Part shown: in pieces, positions 35,640-46,573 of the stretch
How the letters are laid out: every line of letters starts with the position of its first letter
Numbering within the stretch: position 1 is the first letter of the stretch
Origin: the human T2T-CHM13v2.0 reference genome, Homo sapiens
Length of the DNA stretch: 64,000 nt
Strand: one strand, 5' to 3'
Assembly (NCBI RefSeq): GCF_009914755.1
Contig: NC_060930.1
Made by a program: the position numbers and the translations under genes
Notes under the pieces: model-generated
Told to the model about the DNA's origin: nothing
Database searches by the model: none
What the model saw: only the letters and a program-made list of their open reading frames with translations

Positions 35640-37720
35640 ACGAATGTAGGACCGGGTCCCAGCTCTGCAGGAGGCCACCGTCGCGGCCACCCACCTGGGC
35701 CATCGCCCACCGCACTGTCCAGGGTGCCCGGCGCCGGCTGAGGGTGACACCACGGGGCGTGCAGATGTAGCCCTGGGGAAGGCCCGCCTCCAGGCAGAGG
35801 GTCTCTGGGACCTAGACGAACCCTGGGGGTCGGGGCACCAAGAGGCATTTTCTCAGTTGCTTAATTCCCCACGAACTGCATGGATGCTCGGCGATGCCAA
35901 GAGGAGGCCAGAGTGGGGGCAGAGGCAGGCATCTGGGGTAGATACCACCGGTGTGAACGAGAAAGGCCCGGGCTGCCGGCTGGCGAGGGCAGGAGAGGGG
36001 CCGTGGCCGTCGGGCGAGTCTGGCTGCGCCCCACGTGGGCCAGCTTGCGCACTGGTGTCCCGAAAGTGGGCGCTGGCGGCCAGAGGAGCCTGCGGTCTCC
36101 CCCGAGGGCCCCTAGGCGGAGTGGCGCGTGCAGGAAGTGAGGTGGGATCAGGCCTGGCCTGTCCCCGCAGGCCCGCTGGGCTCACAGCGTGCTCAGGTGC
36201 CGCCGTGAGTCCAGGGCCCCCGCCCGGCCCCGCGCGGCAGCCGCCGACTCCACGCCGCGCAGCCACTCCGTGCACTTGCGTACCAGGCCCTCGTCCACCG
36301 CCTCTGGCTCCTCCTCGTACTCCACGTCGTCGTACCTGTGCCGCTCGTTGAGCAGCGACACCTTGAGCATCGGCCGCAGGGCCCCGGGCCGCGGGCTGAG
36401 CTGGGGAACCTGCAGGCCGCCGTGCAGCAGCTGGGCGCCGGGCGGAGGCGCGCGGCGGCCCTGGCCGGCGGTGGGGGGTGCGTCGGGGTCGCTGGCGGGG
36501 CCGCCCCTCCGCGGGCCCGCGGCCCTAGCCGGGAGACACGGGGCGAGTAGGCGCCTGGGTTCGGCCGAGGGTGAGGGGAAGGGCCTGCGGGGCCGCGCCA
36601 GCAGCTGCTTCTCCAGATGACGCTTCTGGATGACCAGGACGGCCTCGGGTGTGAGATTCAGGGAGAAGCGCGCAGCGGAGTCTGGACAAGGCCCCGCCCC
36701 CGAGGAGGTGCCCGCGGCGGTGGTCCCCGTCCCCGCCGAGGTCGCCGCATAGGTGGTCCTCGCTGGGCTGTGGCCGGAGCCTGCCGGCCGGGGCGGGGCG
36801 CACGTGGCTGGGGCCCGCGCGCGGCTGGGCAAGGCCTGGGGGGAGACGCCCGGAGGGGCCGGCGGCTGCGTCCTGTCCAGGCCGGGGCCGCGCCGGGCCG
36901 GCGGCCTCTTGAGCGTGGCGGAGGGCCAGGAGCTGGAGAGGAGCCCCTCGGGCCGCTGTGGGGGCCTCTTCTTCTTGTCCCCCGCGGCGCAGGGCCTCCG
37001 GGGTAACTGGCGCGCGGCTTGGGCCCCCGGGGCGGGGGCGGGCGGCGGCGGCATGGGCGGGAAGGGCATAGTGCAGCCGAGCCGCCGGATCCTCAGCCCC
37101 TGGAAGGAGAGGCGGGCGCTCAGCCACTGTGCGCGGAGCGGGTCCCCGCAGTCCGGGCGGCCCCTCCACACCCACCTGCGTCCAGCCGCGGCCTCTCCGG
37201 CTTCCTCACATCCCAGCGACCAAACCCGGGGACTCAAAGAGAGGCGCTCCCACCCTCCCCTCCTCCTGGGGGTGCTCCCGGGACTGGACCCTGCAGGAAC
37301 CGCCTCCCGCCGTCCGACTGTGGGCGAGTCGCGGCGCCCCCGGGTCCCCACAGCTGAGACGCGGGCCGGGCCGGCAGGAGGAGGAGCCCAGCGCGCTCGC
37401 TAAGGACGCGGCCCTGCCAGGCCCCGGGCTGTGCCCGGCTGGTGTCACGACCGACTGTTGAATGGGAGCAAAGTGCCAGGACAGCGGAGGGCGGAGCGCG
37501 CGCCAGGCATCCCGGGGCTCCCCCAGCTGGCGCTCCGGTGGTCCGAGGTTAATGTAGTCCGTCGAAAGCCAGGAGCATTCCCCTGGGGGAGCCGGCAGCC
37601 TTCCGGAGTCACAGGTGGAGGCCCTGCACGTTTCAGAGAAAATCCCCTGTAGCCTCTCCGTGCCTTCGAGACGGCGGGAAAGGCACCGCCAGTAGATGCA
37701 GCTCTGCGGCCCCACACATC
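35640..37720. promoter_or_regulatory. PRR18: CpG island covering the PRR18 promoter, CDS and proximal 3' UTR
   Basis: Very high GC and dense CpG, with many GC boxes, against AT-rich flanks. Confidence 0.9.
36182..37069 (-). CDS. PRR18: Proline-rich protein 18 (295 aa, intronless CDS)
   Basis: 888-nt ORF from ATG (context ACTATGC) to TGA: [15 protein letters not shown]...[24 protein letters not shown]...[20 protein letters not shown]...[14 protein letters not shown]...HLSTL; recognised protein, and adjacent to SFT2D1 as expected at 6q27. Confidence 0.93.
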   Translation of the reverse strand: MPFPPMPPPPAPAPGAQAARQLPRRPCAAGDKKKRPPQRPEGLLSSSWPSATLKRPPARRGPGLDRTQPPAPPGVSPQALPSRARAPATCAPPRPAGSGHSPARTTYAATSAGTGTTAAGTSSGAGPCPDSAARFSLNLTPEAVLVIQKRHLEKQLLARPRRPFPSPSAEPRRLLAPCLPARAAGPRRGGPASDPDAPPTAGQGRRAPPPGAQLLHGGLQVPQLSPRPGALRPMLKVSLLNERHRYDDVEYEEEPEAVDEGLVRKCTEWLRGVESAAAARGRAGALDSRRHLSTL

Positions 37721-39897
37721 CTGCTTCACAGAGAAAAGCGGGCTGGAGCTGAGAGGGGAGAAATGACCCTCAGTGAATCTTACATAGTGTTCATGCCACC
37801 CCTTGAGGAGTCACTTTCAAATTCAAAACCTAAGTATCTATGAACAGGCAAAATAGTTCAGTTTCAGCTATATAATGCTGATTACATGGCAAATATTAGA
37901 CATCAAGTCCCTTTAATAATTCTTATGAGCAAAGCAATATATTTATCACTGTAGCAGAGATTCAGAATTAATGAGATAAATCTTCACTGTCAATTTACAT
38001 TCTAGTCGTAGACACATGAAGACATCCTACAATATTCAAATGTTTGTTTAATAAATAATTGAACAATTGCAAAGTGACGGATCAAAAAGTCAACATTTCA
38101 TGTGTGCAGTCCCTGCATTACTTAAGGATAATCATCAACTGCTTAGATCTGCACAAAGTACTTTCCATCAGATACACTTTTCTGATGGAAACCAGGTGTG
38201 TGATGGTTACGGCCCCAGGTTAGCTCCAGAGCACATTCAACTGTGGGTAAACACAAATGTGCCCTGTGCCAACAGTCACAGCAGGACAGCATGGCCCTCC
38301 CCCAGCCACCTCAGTCTCCGAGGCAGCAGCAACGCCTCCCCTTGTTGACTGTTGGTGGCCTCAGAGAACTGCGCTGTGGATACACCGGAGCGTCAAGGAA
38401 ACCTGGCAGGTGGTGGGAAACACTTCTCACCAGAGCTTGGGTTGGGGTGACAGGTTTGGGCCCTGTCATCTCTACCAGCACCTCCCAAGCCACCCCAATA
38501 CAGCTCTGAAACAAGCCTCCCAGCTCACAGGCACTTTCCCTCCATCCCTGCCAGCCTGTCTCTGCCGGTGGGCTCAGGCTGTTAATCGGCTTGACAGGTG
38601 AGGTCCTAAGATACTGAAACCTCCTCCTCAATATGTTTTATTCCAGGTTTTAGAATCTCTGGATGGGTGTGGGAAGAGGCACGTCAGTGGCGGCAGGAGG
38701 CCCACAGTTCTGTGCCTGGAAAGTGGAGAACTGGAAGAGAAGGTGAGGCAGGAGAGGATGGGGGTGGGGCGGGGGGCGGTATCAAATATCATTTATGGGG
38801 GCACAGCTGGAGAGGCAGGCTATGGAGAAAAATCAGCAAACACTTGGACACTCAGACATCTGAGTTTGGAGCCCCGCAGTTCAAAAGCTGTGACGGTGCT
38901 GGTGGGGTCTTCTCTCCTTCCTGTCTCCTTACTCTTAGGATGCTTCAGAAGGAATGACAGTTTTGGGGTGAGAATGGGTTGGTGGCCTCATAGTAATGCT
39001 CCCGACTTCCACTGCTGTCTCCATTCTGCTGGGACACTGGTCGTACAGAGGCGAGGTAGCTACGCACCTGCCATCACACAGCTCTAACGGGACGGAGGAG
39101 ATAAGACTCCACCCCAGGAGTGCGAGTCCAAGGCCAGATTGCAACTTTTACACTAAAGCTGAGAGGGAAAAAGTCTTGGTAGATCAGGGTGATTGGATTA
39201 AGTGACCTCTCACCCACAAACTAGTAGCGATTTGGGCCTTTTTAAGCCAAGAAAAGTGATAGTTTATCAGATTAATGCACGTGTCTGACCAGACAAGAAC
39301 TGGGATTCTCCAAGCCCTCCCAGACGTCTCATACCAGCCCAGAAGCTTGGAGACATGGAAAGCTGTAAGTTTGTGTGACCCTTGAGAGGCAGAAAAGTAC
39401 ATTCTGAGTGTCCGCCACCTCATCACCAGGCCAGGTAGGAGGGGCAGTGCCTCTTCCCTGTCTCCCCAGAACCCTCAGAGCAAAGCATGCTCCTACGAGG
39501 GGTTCTGAGCTCTGGGATCTCATGGCGGGTTGCTGCCCCAGGAGTACGGAGGAGTTAGCATTGCCGACGGACTATCCCCTCTTCAGACTCTGATAAAAGC
39601 ACCCAAATGACAGCATCGCTTGTCCCCTGCCCAGCTACTTCTGCTACTTGAAACCTTCAGCTCCTTGTAAATTAGAAGTTAGAAAGATTGGCTTGGGCCT
39701 GAAACAGAATGCGTGAAAGCAGCCTCTGTCGCTGGCCCTCACTGGTGCCGTGGCTGTTAAAGAATCCGTTACAAATACCCTTCGGCTGATGCAAGCAGCC
39801 AGCAGCAGTTCCCAGCAAGGAAAGCCACGCCAGAGAGATGGCTGCGTTTAACTTCAGGACAGCAGGTGTAACTGAAAAGCGGTTAAAGAAATATAGT

Positions 39898-40200
<303 letters not shown>

Positions 40201-40478
40201 ATAATGTAAAATTTAGCTTACAATTTACAAGGGATTTCTCATAGCTTGCCCAGAACACAATAATTATAACTATTCATATGTAATATTAAATAGTAAAGCT
40301 TGGGTACTAGAATACTGAGATCAGCTAATCTGTCTCAGAACTAGATTTTGGGGTTCACCTGAACAAGAGCTGATCTCTAAAATGCATGATTACATCTTAT
40401 CTTGCATGATTACATCTTATCTAAATTTACTGTCTCAAATAAGTTGATTTAAAAGGTCAACTAACCAAAACCAAATAC

Positions 40479-41228
40479 AGTTTACCCTTGAACACCATGG
40501 GTTTGAACTGCGAGGGTCCACTTACAGGAGGATTTTCCTCTGCCTCTGCCACTCCTGAGACAGCAAGACCAACCCCTCCGCTTCCTCCTCAGCCTACTCA
40601 AGGTAATGGTGATGAGGATGAAGACCTTCATGATGATCCACTTCAATACTTAAGAATAGTAAATGTATTTTCTCTTCTTCATGATTGTCTTAACATTTTC
40701 TTCAGCTCACTTTAAGAATACTGTATAATATATATAATACATATAACATAAAAAATATGGTGTTTTTTTTTTTGCTTTTGTTTTTGTTTTTTGAGACAGG
40801 GTCTCTGTTGCCCAGGCTGGAGGGCAGTGGTGCGATCTTGGCTTACTGCACGCTCCGCCTCCCGGGTTCACGCCATTCTCCTGCCTCAGCCTCCTGAGTA
40901 GCTGGGACTATAGGCGCCCACCACCACGCCCAGCTAATTTTTTGTACTTTTAGTAGAGACGGGGTTTCACCGTGTTAGCCAGGATGGTCTCGATTTCCTG
41001 ACCTTGTGATCCACCCACCTCAGCCTCCCAAAGTGCTGGGATTGCAGGCGTGAGCCACCGCGCCCGGCTAACATACAAAATATGTTAATCAACTAAGTTA
41101 TCGATAAGACTTCTGGTCAACAGTAGGCTATTAGTAGTTATGTTTTGCAGAGTCAAAAGTTACACAAGGATTTCTGACCCTATGGGAGGCTGGTACCCCT
41201 AACCCCCACATTGCTTAGGGGTCCTATG
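40479..41228 (+). mobile_element. TcMar-Tigger non-autonomous element (Tigger2a/MER28-like) interrupted by an Alu
   Basis: ta-cagtttacccttgaacaccatgggtttgaactgcgagggtccactta start; ccctaacccccacattgcttaggggtcctatg-ta end. Confidence 0.75.
40763..41069 (-). mobile_element. AluY-like
   Basis: gggttcacgccattctcc and caccgtgttagccaggatggtctcgat diagnostics; TSD aacata(a/c)aaaatatg. Confidence 0.9.
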
Positions 41229-42399
41229 TATTTGGAACTGTCCATATTTTTGACTTATGTTTTACGTCATTTATGTTTTAAATTAAATTTGATTTTCAGA
41301 TTTCAAATATAACAATAACACAATATTGTCCACATGTGGGAATGGTGATTATCCACCCGCCCCACTATTCTGTCAGAGTAAAGTGTGTATCAGAGTAAAG
41401 AATTTCCATTACAACAACCCTTTAAGACATTTCCAGTGAATAATATGTGCACAGAGAATATTTCAATCACTAAAATAAAACACCAGGAAGTTTACATTCA
41501 GGCCCAACTACAATTACAGAGGGCAGCTGTTCCACCGATTTGAACTGTGTGGACTGAAGAATTATCAAGGCTGCAGCTCGGTGACCCTGCTGTGTAAAGG
41601 GCCTCAGATCTGATCATCCCAACTGCCCAGACCCTACAGAAATGATCCCAAGGATTCCGGGCTCCCACACGATGCGCGCTGGCTGCTCAACTGCTCACTC
41701 CTGCCTCGTAACCAGTGAATAAAATTAGAGCCAGTAATCACATCACAACACCAGGAAATTAGCCATTATTTGAAAAACATTTCATTTTTCTCATTAACTT
41801 AATTTCTTCTTTTTTACTAAGTTATATAATATTTAAATGTACATTCAGAAAAACTTCAAAATGGGAACTATTTCAATACATTGTTTCTCATTATCCCCTA
41901 TGGTCTACTTCTTTCTATACTTTCATTCAAATCATTTTACATGATGTAACAGTAAGCAATCAAACATCTAGAACTAAAACCAAACCTGAATTTTAACACA
42001 GAGGCTTATTCCAGTTTAAAACCAATTTTATTACTTGGAAAACTTGCCAATAACTTAAAAATGTCTACATTTCTTCTAACGCTGGTCTGTTACTGTGAAA
42101 GGCTTTGGGAATTAAAAAACACTTAGGAAATGTGTTGGATGCTAACAATTTTAAAGTACTTCTTTTTCCCCATTATTAAGATGATAACAGGCAATGTCTA
42201 TTCTGCACTAAATAATCCACTTTATCTGGATTAGTTACATCGTTGAAAGCTCATGAAAGCCCTGTGAGAGCAGTACTAGCAATACTTGCATTTTACAGAT
42301 GACAAACCAAGGCTTACCCAAGCAGTCACACAACTAGCACGCGGCCAGGGGCAGCCTGTCTAGGCAGGGGGCGCCAGAGCACACGCTTCCCTCCATGCC

Positions 42400-42819
42400 A
42401 GGGGGGCGGTCCCAATTTCTTTGGTCTCAAGACCAGATGGCTGAGAACCCCAAAGAGCTTCTGTTTTGTGGATTTTACCTATTATGTTAACCTTATTAGA
42501 AATTTAAATAGCTTTAAATACATTACATGTTAGCAATAAACCCATTATGTTAACATATTTTTAATATATTTTTAAAAACTATTTTCTAAAATAAACAAAT
42601 GAGAGATGAGTGGTGGGCTCAGTAGAAGCCATAGGATCTCGCATGCACTGTGTTCTGTCCTGTGCCATCACGCACCATGGGACCACAGTAACGCCACTGT
42701 GTGCTGGGGATCGCAGGAGAGAGGAAAAGAGTGACGCTGGCTCAGTATCACTATGAAAACAGACCCTAACAGGCCTCCGAGACCCCAGGCGTCCTGGGAA
42801 CACGTTGTGAGAAGTGCTG
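42400..42819. mobile_element. Old hAT-type DNA transposon remnant
   Basis: gagaaccccaaagagcttctgttttgtgg...ttattagaaatt and terminal ...gagaccccaggcgtcctgggaacacgttgtgagaagtgctg resemble hAT MER elements. Confidence 0.45.
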
Positions 42820-42825
42820 CATTGA

Positions 42826-43375
42826 GACCGCTGACAACCAGTAGCCTTTCTATCAAAAATCCTTAACCCAGTAACCCGCGGATGGCCCAAATGCATTCCA
42901 TCGGTAGCAGCAGCAGCTTTGCTAGCAGAAGAAAGTAGAAAAATAACCTTTAGAGGAAACCTCATTGTGAGCACACCTCACCAGTTCAGAGCTATCCTAA
43001 GTAAAAGAAAAAAAAAAAGGTAGCTTACTAACTCAAAAATCTAAAAGTATAGGGCTATTCTGTTAGACAAAGGTGATTTAACGTTAACCACTAAAAATTC
43101 CCTTAACCCAGAAGGTTTCCTAACGAGGAATTTAAATCTTAATTACCATACAAAGGTCTAACCAGACCCAGGAGGAACTCCCTTCAGGACAGGACCATAG
43201 ATGGTTCCTCCCCGGTGATTGAGGGGAGAAAAAAAAAGCCCACAATTGGTATTCAGTAATTGATAGGGAAACTCTTGTAGAAGCAGAGTTAGGAAAATTG
43301 CCTAACAATTGGTCTGCTCAAACGTGCGAGCTGTTTGCACTCAGTCAAGCCTTAAAGTACTCACAGAATCAAAAA
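42826..43375 (+). mobile_element. Gammaretrovirus-like (HERV-I/HERVIP10-like) pol connection/RNase H remnant
   Basis: Translates QPVAFLSKILNPVTRGWPKCIPSVAAAALLAEESRKITFRGNLIVSTPHQ ... IDGSS ... GKLPNNWSAQTCELFALSQALKY, with frameshifts. Confidence 0.75.
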
Positions 43376-43774
43376 ACTCTATCTCAATCCTGACTCAAAA
43401 GGTTACCTACACCCTCTCTGAAACGAATTTGTGCAAGAACTGTTGTTTATGGGACTGCATCTTGATGGGGCAGCTGGGCTGTCATGAAATACTCAGGAAC
43501 CCAGCCCAACTCTGGGACTCACCCCTGAGCGCAAAAGCAACGTTGGGCATGCTGGTAAAGGACCACTAGAATCCAGCAGCCCGGACTGCTTTCTTGGTGG
43601 TCAAGAAAGGTGGGAAAAGGGGTGCAAGACTGCTACATCAGTAAGCATAACTAATCCGATAAGCAGAGGTCCATGAGTGGTTACGCACCCTGGAAAGGAA
43701 TAAGCATTAAGACCACAGCGGACACTCTAGGACTAATGCTCATCGGAAAATGACTAGGGGTGCTGGCATCCATA

Positions 43775-43805
<31 letters not shown>

Positions 43806-45302
43806 CAGATGAGAAACATTCCCCTCAAGGCAAAAATGTCCCCAAGATGTATTCTGGAGAATTCAGCCCAGTCAGAGTGTATGTACCTTTTTCCCTCTCA
43901 GACTTGAAACAAATTAAAATAGACCTAGGTACATTCTCAGATAACCCTGATGACTATATTGATGTTTTACAAGAATTAGGACAATCCTTTGATCTGACAT
44001 GGAGAGATGCAATGTTACTGCTAAATCAGACACTAACCCCAAATGAGAGAAGTGCCACCATAACTGCAGCCCGAGAGCTTGGCGATCTCTGGTATCTCAG
44101 TCAGGTCAATGATAGGATGACAACAGAGGAAAGAGAACGATTCCCTACAGGCCAGCAGGCAGTTCCCAGTGCAGACCCTCATTGAGACACAGAATCAGAA
44201 CATGGAGATTGGTGCTGCAGACATTTACTAACTTGCGTGCTGGAAGGACTAAGGAAAACCAGGAAGAAGCCTGTGAATTTTTCAGTGATGTCCACTGTAA
44301 CACAGGGAAAGGAAGAAAATCCTACTGCCTTTCTGGAGAGACTAAGGGAGGCACTGAGGAAGCATACCTCCCTGTCACCTGACTCTATTGAAGGCCAACT
44401 AATCTTAAAGATTAAGTTTATCACTCGGTCAGCTGCAGACATTAGAAAACAAACTTCAAAAGTCCACCTTAGGCCTGGAGCAAAACTTAAGACACCCTAT
44501 TGAACTTGGCAACCTCGGTTTTTTATAATAGAGATCAGGAGGAGCAGTCGGAATGGGACAAACGAGATTAAAAAAAAAAAAGGCCACCGTTTCAGTCATG
44601 GCCCTCAGGCAAGCGGACTTTGGAGGCTCTGGAAAAGGAAAACCTGAACAAATCGAATGCCTAATAGGGCTTTCTTCCGGTGCGGTCTACAAGGACACGT
44701 TAAAAAAGATTGTCCCAATAGAAACAAGCCGCCCCCTCATCCATGCCCCTTATGTCAAGGGAATCACTGGAAGGCCCACTGCCCCAGGGGACGAAGGTCC
44801 TCTGAGTCAGAAGCCATTCACCAGATGATCCAGCAGCAGGACTGAGGGTACCGGGGCAAGCACCAGCCCATGCCATTACCCTCACAGAGCCCCGGGTATG
44901 CTTGACCATTGAGGGCCAGGAGGTTAACTGTTTCCTGGACACTCGTGCGGCCTTCTGTCTTACTCTCCTGTCCCAGACAACTGTCCTCCAGATCTGTCGC
45001 TATCCGAGGGGTCCTAGGACGGGCAGTCACTTGATACTTCTCCCAGCCACTAAGTTGTGACTGGGGAACTTTACGCTTTTCACATGCCTTTCTAATTATG
45101 CCCAAAAGCCCCACTCCTTTGTTAGGGAGAGACATCCTAGCAAAAGCAGGGGCCATTATACACTAGAATTAGAAGGAAAAAGGTTAAATATACAGACTCT
45201 AAGCATGCTTACCTAGTCCTCCAAGCCCACGCAGCAATATGGGGAGAAAGGGAATTCCTAACTTCCGAGGGAACACCTATCAAACATCAGGAAGCCATTA
45301 GG
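43376..45302 (+). mobile_element. HERV-W (HERV17)-like leader, defective gag-pro and RNase H fragment
   Basis: gag ATG at 43809; capsid VPFSLSDLKQIKIDLGTFSDNPDDYIDVLQ and TQGKEENPTAFLERLREALRKHT; Zn knuckle CPLCQGNHWKAHC; gag stop QQQD* at 44845; protease NCFLDTRAAF...PLLGRDILAKAGAIIH; then RNase H remnant. Confidence 0.85.
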
Positions 45303-45352
45303 CCCCCCAAATTCTCTTCACCTCTGAATCTACATCCTCCGATCCCTGCCTA

Positions 45353-46171
45353 AAGATAATTTTATGGGGAAGAGGATTTGCTTGTGTCTCCCCAGGTGAC
45401 AATCAGGTGTCTGTGTGGGTGCCCACCAACCATCTGAAGATCTATCACGAGCCATGGCATCTAGTGGACCCACCTGCAGAGTACAGTGCGAATTGAAGGT
45501 TTGAAAAGCCTCGATTTGCTTTCTCTATGCCTTCTGTTAATCAGAAAAGGCCTGTTTCTCACTATCAGTGGCCCGGCTACAGCCACAAAAGTTTTTGCTT
45601 CTGTTTCAGTAGATTTATTAACATGGGGGTGAGGGTATGCTTGTGTTTTTGCAGGAGATGAACGAACCGTGTGGATGCCCTCAAGATGTGCACGACCATG
45701 GAATGGGAGACTGGAGGGACCCATGGATCCCAACCTTGGACCGGGTTCCCCCAGTATGAGCCATAAGCCAGTTGAATCTGAATGCGAAGAAGGAATGAGG
45801 ACCGACCGGAGTCACGATGCCTAACAGACCAATGCTTTCTGACTCAGCTCCTCTCTACCCTGAATATGAGAGACCCTAATAGTTAGGCAGGAATATCGTC
45901 GCCCCTATTCAGCATGAAGAAGTTACAGAAGATGGACCTTCATCCTTCTGCAGCCCCTAGGATTAAGGGTCTTCTTGTAGAAGGGAAAGGGGAGATATGT
46001 GGGAAGCATTCAAACCAGAGTGACTCCAGTTTGAATAAGGGCTAAGAAAAGAGAAGCTGGGTCACCTACCGGCAATTAAGGGCTGCACAGCCTGCAATCG
46101 CCTAGCTAATGATAGCTAAGTAATAATGATAGTAATAATGATACCTTCTCTTTTATAAAAAAGAGGGGGCA
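45353..46171 (+). mobile_element. Betaretrovirus-like (HERV-K/HML) integrase C-terminal remnants, 3' region and PPT
   Basis: [29 protein letters not shown] (45353-) and VDLLTWG*GYACVFAGDERTVWMPSRC (45609-); polypurine tract aaaaaagaggggg just before the LTR. Confidence 0.7.
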
Positions 46172-46573
46172 TGTTGGGAAAAAAGCTGAGTGTTGGGGGG
46201 GAAACCGAGGCAGGGCTTGCATAATGTCCTCTGGAATGTGTCTAGACTTGCTGGCTCCTTGCTTCTAGCCTTCCTAGGCTCCTAGGTCCCTATTCCCAGT
46301 ATCTCAAGTAGCAGAACATGTTCCATGTAAATGCTAAACCATCACAGTTGTAGATCATGCGCCTGCCCTTTTGACCTCCACGTTATCACCACCTGTTTCT
46401 TTGTTGGATTACCAATAAACACTGTGGGCTCCCAGAGCTCGGGGCCTTCACAGCCTCCACGATGGCCCCCTGGTGTCCCACCTTTCTCTCTCAAACTGTC
46501 TTTTTCTCAATCCTTTTACTCCACCGGACTTTGTCACCCCCACGACCTGGTGTTGGGTCTGATCACCCCAACA
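46172..46573 (+). mobile_element. Complete 3' LTR of HERV-K/HML type (LTR14C-like, tentative)
   Basis: Inverted termini tgttggg...cccaaca, AATAAA at 46414-46419, PPT immediately upstream. Confidence 0.75.

Noticed and set aside
35853-37729. Many overlapping ORFs (110-216 aa) on both strands around PRR18
   Set aside because: Expected from stop-codon depletion in a CpG island; low complexity and no recognisable domain.
42340-42412. Three CTCF-like G-rich motifs between PRR18 and SFT2D1, and one at ~37686
   Set aside because: Each misses key consensus positions; not supportable without a PWM scan or ChIP data.
43760-44845. Possible functional Gag protein
   Set aside because: Matrix deleted, premature stop at 44183-44185, frameshifts and a mutated first Zn knuckle.
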